DNA of 64,000 nt, taken from assembly GCA_051530055.1 (NCBI GenBank), contig CM121342.1, forward strand, positions 15,205,480 through 15,269,479. The letters are read 5' to 3'. A program made the position numbers and the translations under genes. Shown piece after piece: positions 15,001 to 26,246 of this stretch (position 1 is the stretch's first letter; the number at the start of each line of letters is the position of its first letter). The notes beneath the pieces were generated by a model that worked only from the letters and a program-made list of their open reading frames with translations, did no database searches and had not been told where the DNA came from. This DNA is from Neoechinorhynchus agilis (taxonomy: Eukaryota > Animalia > Acanthocephala).

Positions 15001-18000
15001 ATATCTCGACACTTGCAGAGGAAGACATTACCCATTTGTTGCATCTCCGACGCGCATTTCTACAGCAATATCTTGATAATTATAGAGACAGATGTAACGC
15101 AGTTCTTGTATCTCCGACGCGCATTTCGTACAGAGATATCTCAATATTTATGGAAGCAGACGTAACAATTTTGTTGTGTCTCTAACGCGCTGTTCTTCAA
15201 CAATATCTCGGACACTTGCAGAGGAAGACATTGTGAATTTGTTGCATCTCCGACGCGCATTTCTTACAGCAATATCTTGATAATTATAGTAGACAGGATG
15301 TAACGCAGTTCTTGTATCTCCGACGCGCATTTCGTACAGAGATATCTCAATATTATTTATGGAAGCAGACGTAACAATTTTGTTGTGTCTCTAACGCGCT
15401 GTTCTTCAACAATATCTCGACACTTGCGGAGGAAGACATTACGCATTTGTTGCATCTCCGACGCGCATTTCTTACAGCAATATCTTGATAATTATAGAAG
15501 CAGACGTAACAATTTTGTTGTGTCTCTAACGCGCTGTTCTTCAACAATATCTCGACAATTGCAGAGGAAGACATTACGCATTTGTTGCATCTCCGACGCG
15601 CATTTCTTACAGCAATATCTTGATAATTATAGGGACAGATGTAACGCAGTTCTTGTATCTCCGACGCGCATTTCCTACAGAGATATCGCAATATTTATGG
15701 AAGCAGACGTAACAATTTTGTTGTCTCTAACGCGCTGTTCTTTAACAATATCTCGACACCTGCAGAGGTAGACATCACGCATTTGTTGCATCTCCGACGC
15801 GCATTTCTTACAGCAATATCTTGATAATTATGGAGACAGATGTAACGCAGTTCTTGTATCTCCGACGCGCATTTCGTACAGAGATATCTCAATATTTATG
15901 GAAGCAGACGTAACAATTTTGTTGTTTCTCTAACGCGCTGTTCTTCAACAATATCTCGACACTTGCAGAGGAAGACATTACGCATTTGTTGCATCTCCGA
16001 CGCGCATTTCTACAGCAATATCTTGATAATTATAGAGACAGATGTAACGCAGTTCTTGTATCCCCGACGCGCATTTCGTGCAGAGATATCTCAATATTTA
16101 TTGAAGTAGACGTAACAATTTTTTTGTGTCTCTAACGCGCTGTTCTTCAACAATTTCTCGACACTTGCAGAGGAAGACATTACGCATTTGTTGCATCTCC
16201 GACGCGCATTTCTTACAGCAATATCTTGATAATTATAGAAGCAGATGTAACGCAGTATTTGTATCTCCGACGCGCATTTCGTACAGAGATATCTCAGAAT
16301 TGCTGGAAGCAGACGTAACAATTTTGTTGTGTCTTTAACGCGCTGTTCTTCAACAATATCTCGAAACTTGCAGAAGCAGACATCACGCAGTTGTTGCATC
16401 TCCGACGCGCATTTCTTACAGCAATATCTTGATAATTATAGAGACAGATGTAACGCAGTTCTTTTTTCTCCGACGCGCATTTCGTACAGAGATATCTCAG
16501 AATTTATGGAAGCAGACGTAACAATTTTGTTGTGTCTCTAACGCGCTGTTCTTTAACAATATCTCGACACTTGCAGAGGCCGACATCACGCATTTGTTTC
16601 ATCTCCGACGCGCATTTCTTACAGCAATATCTTGATAATTATAGAGGCAGATGTAAAGCAGTTATTGTATCTCCGACGCGCATTTCGTACAGAGATATCT
16701 CAATATTTATGGAAGCAGACGTAACAATTTTGTTGTGTCTCTAACGCGCTGTTCTTCAACAATATCTCGACACTTGCAGAGGAAGACATTACGCATTTGT
16801 TGCATCTCCGACGCGCATTTCCTACAGCAATATCTTGATAATAATAATAGAAGCAGATGTAACGCAGTTATTGTATCTCCGACGCGCATTTCGTACAGAG
16901 ATATCGAAATATTTATGGAAGCAGACGTAACAATTTTATTGTGTCTCTAACGCGCTGTTCTTCGACAATATCTCGACACTTGCAGAGGTAGACATCACGC
17001 ATTTGTTGCATCTCCGACGCGCATTTCTTACAGCAATATCTTGATAATTATAGAGACAGATGTAACGCAGTTCTTGTACCTCCGACGCGCATTTCGTACT
17101 GAGATATCTCAATATTTATGGAAGCAGACGTAACAATTTTGTTGTGCCTCTAACGCGCTGTTCTTCAACAATATCTCGACACTTGCAGAGGAAGACATTA
17201 CGCATTTGTTGCATCTCCGACGCGCATTTCTACAGCAATATCTTTATAATTATAGAGACAGATGTAACGCAGTTCTTGTATCCCCGACGCGCATTTCGTA
17301 CAGTGATATCTCAATATTTATGGAAGCAGACTTAACAATTTTGTTGTGTCTCTAACGCGCTGTTCTTCAACAATATCTCGACACTTGCAGAGGACGACAT
17401 TACGCTTTGGTTTCATCTCCGAAGCGCATTTCTAACAGCAATATCTTGATAATTATAGAAGCAGATGTAACGCAGTTCTTGTATCTCCGACGCGCATTTC
17501 GTACAGAGATATCGCAATATTTATGGAAGCAGACGTAACAATTTTGTTGTGTCTCTAACGAGCTGTTCTTCGACAATATCTCGACACTTGCAGAGGTAGA
17601 CATCACGCAGTTGTTTCATCTCCGACGCGCATTTCTTACAGCAATATCTTGTTAATTAAAGAGACAGATGTAACGTAGTTCTTGTATCTCCGACGCGCAT
17701 TTCGTACAGAGATATGTCAGAATTTATGGAAGCAGACGTAACAATTTTGTTGTGTCTCTAACGCGCTGTTCTTTAACAATATCTCGACACTTGCAGAGGA
17801 AGACATTACGCATTTGTTGCATCTCCGACGCGCATTTCTTACAGCAATATCTTGATAATAATAGAAGCAGATGTAACGCAGTTATTGTATCTCCGACGCG
17901 CATTTCGTACAGAGATATCGCAATATTTATGGAAGCAGACGTAACAATTTTGTTGTGTCTAACGCGCTATTCTTCGACAATATCTCGACACTTGCAGCGG

Positions 18001-19659
18001 TAGACATCACGCATTTGTTGCATCTCCGGCGCGCATTTCTTACAGCAATATCTTGATAATTATAGAGACAGATGTAACGCAGTTCTTGTATCTCCGACGC
18101 GCATTTCGTACAGAGATATCTCAATATTTATGGAAGCAGACGTAACAATTTTGTTGTGTCTCTAACCAGCTGTTCTTCAACAATATCTCGACACTTGCAG
18201 AGGAAGACATTACGCAGGTGTTGCATCTCCGACGCGCATTTCTTACAGCAATATATTTATTATTATAGAAGCAGATGTAACGCAGTTCTTGTATCTCCGA
18301 CGCGCATTTCTTACAGCAATATCTTGATAATCATAGAAGCAGATGTAACGCAGTTCTTGTATCTCCGACGCGCATTTCTTACAGCAATATCTCGATAATT
18401 ATAGAGACAGATGTAACGCAGTTCTTATATGTCCGACGCGCATTTCTTACAGAGATATCTCAAAATTTATCGAAGCAGACGTAACAATTTTGTTGTGTCT
18501 CTAACGCGTTGTTCTTCGACAATATCTCGACACTTGCAGAGGTAGACATCACGCAGTTGTTTCATCTCCGACGCGCATTTCTTACAGCAATATCTTGTTT
18601 ATTATAGAGACAGATGAAACGCAGTTCTTGTATCTCCGACGCGCATTTCGTACAGAAATATCTCAGAATTTATGGAAGCAGACGTAACAAATTTGTTGCG
18701 TCTCTAACGCGGTGTTCTTTAACAATATCTCGACACTTGATGAGGCAGACATCACGCATTTGTTGCATCTCCGACGCGCATTTCTTACAGCAATATCTTA
18801 ATAATTATAGAGGCGGATGTAACGTAGTTCTTGTATCTCCGACGCGCATTTCGTGCAGAGATATCTCAATATTTATTGAAGCAGACGTAACAATTTTGTT
18901 GTGTCTCTAACGCGCTGTTCTTCAACAATATCTCGACACTTGCAGAGGAAGACATTACGCATTTGTTGCATCTCCGACGCGAATTTCTTACAGCAAAATC
19001 TTGATAATTATAGAAGCAGATGTAACGCAGTATTTGATTCTCCGACGCGCCATTTCGTACAGAGATATCTCAGAATTTATGGAAGCAGACGTAACAATTT
19101 TGTTGTGTCTCTAACGCGCTGTTCTTCAACAATATCTCGACACTTGCAGAGGCAGACATCACGCAGTTGTTGCATCTCCGACGCGCATTTCTTACAGCAA
19201 TATCTTGATAATTATAGAGACAGATGTAACGCAGTTCTTTTATCTCCGACGCGCATTTCGTACAGAGATATCTCAGAATTTATGGAAGCAGACGTAACAA
19301 TTTTGTTGTGTCTCTAACGCGCTGTTCTTTAACAATATCTCGACACTTGCAGAGGCAGACATCACGCATTTGTTGCATCTCCGACGCGCATTTCTTACAG
19401 CAATATCTTGATAATTATAGAGGCAGATGTAACGCAGTTCTTGTATCTCCGACGCGCATTTCGTACAGAGATATCTCAATATTTATGGAAGCAGACGTAA
19501 CAATTTTGTTGTGTCTCTAACGCGCTGTTCTTCAACAATATCTCGACACTTGCAGAGGAAGACATTACGCATTTGTTGCATCTCCGACGCGCATTTCTTA
19601 CAGCAATATCTTGATAATTATAGAGGCAGATGTAACGCAGTTCTTGTATCTCCGACGCG
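1..19659. repeat. Tandem satellite DNA, 203-bp monomer (three 67/68/68-bp subunits), ~95 monomers, runs off the left edge
   Basis: Monomer = A gaagcagacgtaacaatttt...acacttgca (67) + B gaggaagacattacgc...gataattata (68) + C gagacagatgtaacgc...aatatttatg (68). Shadow ORFs recur every 203 bp (1153/1356/1559; 4028/4231/4434/4637). The array ends at tccgacgcg (19659). Confidence 0.98.
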
Positions 19660-19710
19660 TGTTCACTCGAATCGATATTGAGAAAACCGATTCTCAAGAT
19701 AAAAAAAATA

Positions 19711-20020
19711 TATTATGCGTTTTGATCATCCGTTACTCCGCTTTTTCCTTTAGGCACAAAGTCAACCGATATCTTTCATCGGAAAAGTGATTGAATCACT
19801 TGGACCCTTAACCATACGGTAAAGAGTTCGTATATCCCAACGGATCCTCAGGTACCTCCAGGAAGTAGGACTCATCAGTTTGAGGATCCAGTGAGATGTA
19901 CAAACTCTTTACCGTATGGTTAAGGGTCTAAGTGATTCAATCACTTCTCTGATGCCAGGTATGGGTTGGATGTGTGCCCAATGGAAAAAGCCGAGTAAGG
20001 GATGATCTAAACACATAATA
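19711..20020. other. Long fold-back inverted repeat: 140-bp arms, 30-nt loop (hpRNA or MITE candidate), copy A
   Basis: 19711-19850 pairs gap-free with 19881-20020: 119/140 Watson-Crick plus 5 G-T pairs. The core 19785-19828 has a single G-T in 44 bp. Confidence 0.95.
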
Positions 20021-20091
20021 AATCTAACCGGATTCCCAAAGGACATATAAGAAAGATAAAAATATATCAGCGAAAAGTTCACTGGTGACGT

Positions 20092-20602
20092 TCAAAGGCT
20101 GCTTCGACGATGGAGAATTGATGTTTGCATTGCCCAGAGAAGTGTGCCTTCACTTAGGCGAATCTTGATGAGAACTGGACATTTTGAAACGCGAGAAAAA
20201 TGGCAAAAATCGCTCATGATGTATACGCACCAGGAAAGTCCGTGGACACAAATGGCCAACAAGATTCGATTTGCACTCGTTTGACCGATAACAAATCGTG
20301 GGATCATCTGTATCAGAAAAACCGAACGTTCTTTGCGTAAACGTTTGACGGAACATATCCTCAATGCACTGAATTCGGAAGTAAAATAATGGCCATACCC
20401 TGGGCAAAAACATTATTCAGAGTGCCGCCGCGATACTTTCAATCAGAGTTATATTTGTGGCTAAGGACCCGGTGGAACTATCTATCGTCGAGGCACTACA
20501 CTTTTTAAACTCTATGACTAATACGGCACTTAGATGCAGCTGGTACTGTCGTGATAATTCGTATGAGAAGCATGAAGACAACCGTTGATCAATGCGATGC
20601 AT
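20092..20602 (-). CDS. Possible small spliced gene of unknown function, head-to-head with the lipase (copy A)
   Basis: ORFs 20417-20602 and 20092-20364 can be joined by a short gtatcg...gcccag intron. Both ORFs are preserved in copy B. No recognisable domain. Confidence 0.25.
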
Positions 20603-20718
20603 TCATGGGCAGAATATATCATTTTACTAAAATGCAACATGACGAATCATCACTCATTTTGACTCTACTCAAATTGAACTTCCTATGATTTTGTTGCACT
20701 TACAGCTCAAAACACTAT

Positions 20719-22020
20719 ATGCACTTGTCTTTGTCTGGTGGAGGATTTCTTGGACTCTTTCACAATGGAGTGCTCGACGCATTTCATCGGTATGCCCCTC
20801 AAGTACTAGAGGAGAAGATCATTGGGACCAGTGCAGGGTCACTGGCTGCTGCAGCCGCTTGTTGCGGTGTTTGTTCGGGTGAGTAAAAGATAAAATCAAT
20901 CCATATGAACGTTTATACGTCTTCAAGATCGAGCAATGCTCGAACTGATGGAGATGACCGTTACCGCTCGTGCAGCCAAACCATGGGCGTTTCATCCACG
21001 GTACAGCTTTTCAAACGCAGTGCGGGCGGCAGTTGAGCGGTAAGTGAATTTAAAGATGTCCACTTTGTGATCATCTCCAAAAAGGGTTCTTCCCCAAAAT
21101 GCCCATGAAATCTGCTCCGGGCGACTCCATGTAGGAATAACGAAATTGAGGGATGGAAAACATCGGCTTGTGTCGCATTTTGACACACGAGAGCAACTCA
21201 TTGAGGTTTCTTATCAGCATACTTATCGTTCTTTCAACTTTTGTAGGCGCTAGTATGTAGCTGTTTCATCCCATTGCTTTCTGGACTCAAGCCACCAAGA
21301 TACAAAGAAGCGGTAGGCCTGCCGACTTAAGGCACATACTTTTGTATCTTAAGTACACCTGCTGTCCTCTAGTATTATTGGGACGGTGGATTAACTCAGA
21401 TATGTCCTATTTTGAATAATGAAACTATCCGAGTATGCCCATTCGTAGCTGCTGTTGACATATGTCCAAAAGAAGAAGAAATAATGTCCAGCAAAGATTT
21501 AAGTTGGATTGACAGACTCATGCAAAATGCATACGTCGTTAAAGCTGGAGTAAAAATGAGATTTTCGTACGCACATTTCCTGAGGTTTTTGCAAGGATTT
21601 GTTCCTCCGAATATCGAGTCTTATTGCAACCTTTATGAAAGTGGATTTAAGGCAGCGCTTCATTTTATAAGATCGAAAGGTCTAGCTCAACCTGACGAAA
21701 CTCAAGCGATTGTCCAAATGGGCAAAACCAGCGATAATCTCAGATTATTAGCTACGCCGTTTGGCATCGATCCTGGAAAATATGAGCCGTGGACCGCCAA
21801 AGATTATGCGACTATCGCTATTAAAGCATTTGGTCTACCAGCGCTTGTCCTGTGGCAATTAAATCCATTTAGCAAAAAAGTGATGTGAGTTAAAGGTCCA
21901 ATGCACTTCTATGACTTAATATATTTTCGTTTTTGAACTAGACTTTATGACAATGAATTAGACGAAGTTGTAAAATATCACGAGTCAGATTGTCCAAAAT
22001 GTCGTTCGTCCGTTAAGTAG
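20719..22020 (+). CDS. PNPLA2: Patatin-like phospholipase / adipose triglyceride lipase (ATGL/brummer-like), copy A, ~349 aa, premature TAG near the C-terminus
   Basis: Exons 20719-20878, 20928-21039, 21085-21205, 21247-21312, 21373-21884, 21942-22020, joined by GT-AG introns of 49/45/41/60/57 bp that keep the frame. Motifs GGGFLG, GTSAG (nucleophile), CSCFIP, WDGG (catalytic Asp). Confidence 0.9.
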
Positions 22021-22399
22021 AGCAAAATGATGTCAATCCTAGGTGAAGAGAAACTGGAGGTAAAATCAATCATTAAAGGACGTGATGCATATACCTGTTA
22101 ACTGCCAAAGAACGGCGACTAAAAACATTTCTTTTATTCGTTTGAAATACGCTTTTTGGTCAGTGGGCTAGATGTGTCGATATGTCTAGGAAAGTAAAAC
22201 CAAGTATATTTCTGAAATGATCAGCATTTTTGAAGAACTACGGATAACAAATGCTTATAAACAAATGCCGAAAGCCTTGTTGCGAGCCAACCTATAAATT
22301 GTGCCTGAATTACAACATGAAATGTAGTAAAGTTCGTCAACACCCAATAGAATATGTTTAAATTTTATGCAAGCTTTGCGAGTTTTTTAATTTGTAAAT

Positions 22400-23260
22400 T
22401 TTTAATCATAACATAATAAAGTACAAAACGTGCAATCACCACCGTCCGCAAAATTGGAGCTTCTCTCCTTCCTCACTGTCGCTATCACGCTAGCAGCATT
22501 GCCTCGTACTGCGAGCGAGATATTTTGTCGCAGGAATACACCTGCTCGTGCGTCGCCGGTAGTTTCTCTCAATTTCTTCGAGAGAGCCCGGAGCAGGGTA
22601 AGTGCCGAGCTGCCAAGCCCTCCATAAGTCTCTACTCCGAAGGGACAAAATAGTGGGCCCTTGCTAATTCTCTATATTTTCGTACCTTCCTCCCTTCCGC
22701 TGCACTGGCTGGACCTCCAGGGATCTCGAGAGGGGACGGAATGTTGCTTACTGCGAGGATATCCACACACGTGGCGTTCCAGAGACGGCATTTGCCCTCC
22801 CGCCACGGAAAGACCGAAATTCCGTCAGGTCGACGACCGTCTAATCGACAAAGATGGGAGGCTTCTAAGATGTTGGGGAAGTTCGCCGTTCTCAATGCCC
22901 GAGAAATTACGCTGTTGATCTCAGAATGGCGTGAGAAACTTTTTCCTGACTTTCGGCAAACGATACCGTGTCGCCCGAAAGCATCAACAAAAGACCCACA
23001 TCGACAGCGATGAGGCGTACATATCGGGAGACCAAGCCTTAAGGACACTGCCGTTAGCGCCTGTCTGCTGGCACCATTCTTCAACCGAGTAGATTGAACG
23101 ACCACATTTTCGTGTTGTTACGTGTTACAGCTTGACTAGCCTTCAACTCCTATTCTGTGAGGATGAAAAAAGTAAACATTAATGCCTGGTGTTCTTTGCC
23201 CACCTCAAGTAAAGCAGCGAGCGTGCACAATGACGGTTTACACGGAAGAATTGTAGATCT
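22400..23260 (-). mobile_element. CRE-like (RLE-type) non-LTR retrotransposon 3' fragment
   Basis: ORF 22632-23105: CRCG..VD..G.HG..C zinc knuckle, GRRPDG endonuclease core, W.ATCVD, AE.RK..KY. Boundaries approximate. Confidence 0.85.
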
Positions 23261-23377
23261 GAGACGATGACACACAACAGATCGCCCGTTATCGATCGAA
23301 CGCTCCCGACGCGTCGCAATCGATAACTCTATAATATTACGCTCCTACTGCCACCTTTTGTACGAAATCACGAAATC

Positions 23378-23810
23378 GTCGAATTTGGAATTTAACTTTA
23401 TCGTAACAAATAGATGACGTCACAATATATCCAAAAATTTCATAAGGCCTTCTGTGTAGATATATCATGTTAAGTATCATACATAGATCAGTTTATATTG
23501 TATGAGCAACATCCGCTACACGTAATGCCCCGATCACACCCACTCACGTGCCTTCGATTAATTATTATGTTTGGCACGTCATCATCGTCACATTAAGAAA
23601 ATTAAATTCATTTAAGTTACGCTCTTGTTGCAGTCTTGTGAACGAGAATCATGAAATTGTTGAATTTGGAATTTAACTTTATCGTAAAAAATCGATGACG
23701 TTACAAGATATACAAAAATTTCATAAACCTTTTTGTGCAGATGGAGCGTGTTATTGAAATTAAATTTATGTTGCGCTCTTGTTGCAGTCTTTTGAACGAA
23801 AATCAGTTTT
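23378..23810. repeat. Diverged ~280-bp direct repeat in the spacer between two CRE fragments (also 29720-30152)
   Basis: gaatttggaatttaactttatcgtaa occurs at ~23380 and ~23662; gctcttgttgcagtctt occurs at ~23621 and ~23775. Confidence 0.7.
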
Positions 23811-23994
23811 GGTCCGGATTATTTCGCATGTATACAATATTTTCTTTATTAAGAGCTGAGTATCACGTTGAATGCCTCTTTTTTAAGAATGAGTTAATAA
23901 TGTAGCTTCGTCGATTGGGATCTTGCGTGATTAAGGAGAATCTGCCAAAGGATATTGAAATGAACGCTTCATAGCTAAAGCTGATATGCAAGAG

Positions 23995-24670
23995 AACATA
24001 GGAATTGAAGAGCCATGAAGCAATCTTCTTGATAAAGAACTGCCTCTTCATGTCTAAGCTCCTCCACAAACTAAGGACTGTTCTTGCCTTCGACAACACG
24101 GACGACCTCGATAAATTGGACTGCCTATTGCGCGGTGATCTGGAGAAAATGCTTAACATCGCCTTTGACGATACATCATGGAGACAAGCTACATTACCGA
24201 CATTAAGTGGGGGTTCCGGACTACGACAGACTAAAGATGTCGCTTTACCGGCCTCTCTTGCCTCCTTTTGTGCTAATCTTAAGTACTCAACTAATATTTT
24301 TCCTGAGGTCAACGCGGAGCATTTCGATCGAGCTTTTGTGAAGTGGACAACATTAAGCGGGCAAACACAGATACCTAGAGAAAGCAACAAACAGCAAGCG
24401 TGGGATTCTCCACTCGTTCATCGGGTCCAATCTCAATTACAAGACCAGATGGATGAAGTGGCTAGGGTTCGTCTCGCTGCGCTTTCGACCAAAGAATTTG
24501 GAGCCTGGCTTGATGCTATACCATCCTCACATTTGGGCACTTTGCTGGATGATGAGATCTTCCGTATTGCTTACTGTCTCAGATTTGGAATGGACATTTG
24601 CGTCGCTCATAAATGTCGATGTGGTGTCATGGTGTACAGCTAGGGACAATACGGTCTCTCGGACGCAGAA
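23995..24670 (+). mobile_element. CRE-like non-LTR retrotransposon fragment (post-RT region to zinc knuckle), 3'-truncated
   Basis: ORF 24005-24643: W.QATLP..SGG.GLR, GAWL.AIP...GTLL, LR.G..IC..H.CRCG. It breaks off next to the Rab7 fragment. Confidence 0.85.
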
Positions 24671-24682
24671 CCCACCCTTCGA

Positions 24683-24949
24683 TTAAACGACCATACAACA
24701 ATCCGCTCCACGATAAAAAGCTACCCCAAGACTTTGAAACCTTTCTTGCCCAGCAGTGTCCCAAATCTGCAAAGTAACAGTCTTGTCATCGACTTCAATC
24801 TCCTTTGTAAGAAAATCGGCACCGATCGTTGCCTTGTATTGATTAGAAAACTGCTTGTTTATGTACTGATTCATAAGAGACGTCTTACCCACTCCACTGT
24901 CGCCCAAAATAATAATTTTAAGTAAAATCCTCTTTTTTAAAGTAGACAT
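24683..24949 (-). pseudogene. RAB7: Rab7 GTPase N-terminal fragment (88 aa), truncated after the G3 region
   Basis: [29 protein letters not shown]...[13 protein letters not shown]...[26 protein letters not shown] is the Rab7 signature. A stop follows immediately; G4, G5 and the prenylation tail are absent. ATG at 24949. Confidence 0.9.
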
Positions 24950-25339
24950 TGAGCGTTTAAGACGTAAAGGCGGGAAAATGGGATCGTGCGCCACTGTCGG
25001 TGGGCGCTTCTAACGAGAAAGAATTGCATGTCAGAAATTACGTTTATTAAAAGATTCCAACTTGTTTATGCGAATTAGGGTCTTTCTAGATGTGGGTTTA
25101 CGTGAAAATGGAGAAGAGAATTATCGGTGTTTGGTTTCTTGATTTTTTTGCTTCCAATCGATTAATGGAGAAATATGTCCAGCAACTTTACCAAAGAACG
25201 TATTTTTTCAAATTGTCGCTTAGCAGTGCATTTTTAGTGATAAAGAAAAATCTTTATGTCCGAACTCTCATCGTCTTACGACTTCTTCGGAAATCTGTAA
25301 AGGGCGAGTGCAGTACTGAAGTGTGTTAAAGTAGCGACA

Positions 25340-25760
25340 TCAAAGCGGAAAGTTCGTGATGCTTTTTGAGACATCGTCGAGCGGATGTCCAGAACTCTGC
25401 CTCGCGAAAACACAATCTCTTCCCCTTTCATCCGTCCGGTTTATAAGTAATGCATCGGCGATAGTTCCACCGGATATTTAAGCAGAAATACGGTGACGCG
25501 AGACAAACTACCGGATTATGTGCCGTTACTCAATTTGTGTTTCAAAGTTAATCATATCACTGATTTCAGTTGATATCGCAAACCGTAAAAGGATAGTCAT
25601 GCATCGAGATTCCCATCATCCTTTGGTGATGAAACAGGCAATTTGTGCAGAGATGCACAGGACAGCACTGGTTTGTTCATCGTCATTGACGGAAAAACGA
25701 TAGGAGATAGATAAAGTGAACGCGATTTTCGCTTATAATGGATACAAACGTAAAATGGAA
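25340..25760 (+). mobile_element. Penelope-like element RT C-terminal remnant
   Basis: Degenerate VPLLNL...YRKP, HRDSHHPLVMKQAI..EMHRTA.VCSS..., FAYNGY, typical of the PLE RT thumb/HTH region. Contains stop codons. Confidence 0.65.
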
Positions 25761-25865
25761 ATCTTGTGGTTCCAGCAACGATGTGATTCAAGAGATAAGA
25801 AACGGAAAAATGATTGTTCACTCGAATCGATATTGAGAAAACCGATTCTCAAGATAAAAAAAATA

Positions 25866-26175
25866 TATTATGCGTTTTGATCATCCGTTACTCCGCTTTT
25901 TCCTTTAGGCACAAAGTCAACCGATATCTTTCATCGGAAAAGTGATTGAATCACTTGGACCCTTAACCATACGGTAAAGAGTTCGTATATCCCAACGGAT
26001 CCTCAGGTACCTCCAGGAAGTAGGACTCATCAGTTTGAGGATCCAGTGAGATGTACAAACTCTTTACCGTATGGTTAAGGGTCTAAGTGATTCAATCACT
26101 TCTCTGATGCCAGGTATGGGTTGGATGTGTGCCCAATGGAAAAAGCCGAGTAAGGGATGATCTAAACACATAATA
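25866..26175. other. Long fold-back inverted repeat, copy B
   Basis: Appears identical to 19711-20020 (offset 6155). Confidence 0.95.
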
Positions 26176-26246
26176 AATCTAACCGGATTCCCAAAGGACA
26201 TATAAGAAAGATAAAAATATATCAGCGAAAAGTTCACTGGTGACGT

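Larger units (their letters stand above)
19660..24625. repeat. Segmental duplication 1, copy A (matches 25815-30967)
   Basis: tgttcactcgaatcg starts at both 19660 and 25815. The offset is 6155-6161, then 6342 after a 181-bp indel. Shared sequence ends at ...aaatgtcgatgtggt (24625/30967). Confidence 0.97.

Noticed and set aside
1-19659. CRISPR-like regular repeats
   Set aside because: No unique spacers, no cas genes, eukaryotic context.
1-19659. CENP-B box or satellite-encoded hammerhead ribozyme
   Set aside because: No TTCG....A..CGGG and no CTGANGA/GAAA core on either strand of the consensus monomer.
16-19697. About 130 short Cys/Arg-rich ORFs (MRYLCTKC..., MSLTRCSS...) resembling a tandem peptide or metallothionein-like family
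   Set aside because: They are six-frame shadows of the 203-bp satellite, appear on both strands, often start at non-ATG codons and are broken by frame-indifferent indels.
19711-20020. Same-base mismatches (T-T, G-G, C-C) in the long hairpin as a sign of selection
   Set aside because: 11 transitions and 10 transversions, half of the latter same-base, is compatible with random mutation; only the clustering away from the core is notable.
23290-23325. Palindromes atcgat and cgacgcgtcg sharing ccgacgcg with the satellite box, as a possible satellite origin
   Set aside because: The match is only ~8-9 bp with no flanking similarity; expected by chance.
23863-24390. 175-aa minus-strand ORF (identical at 30205-30732)
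   Set aside because: Antisense shadow of the CRE ORF; identity reflects the recent duplication.
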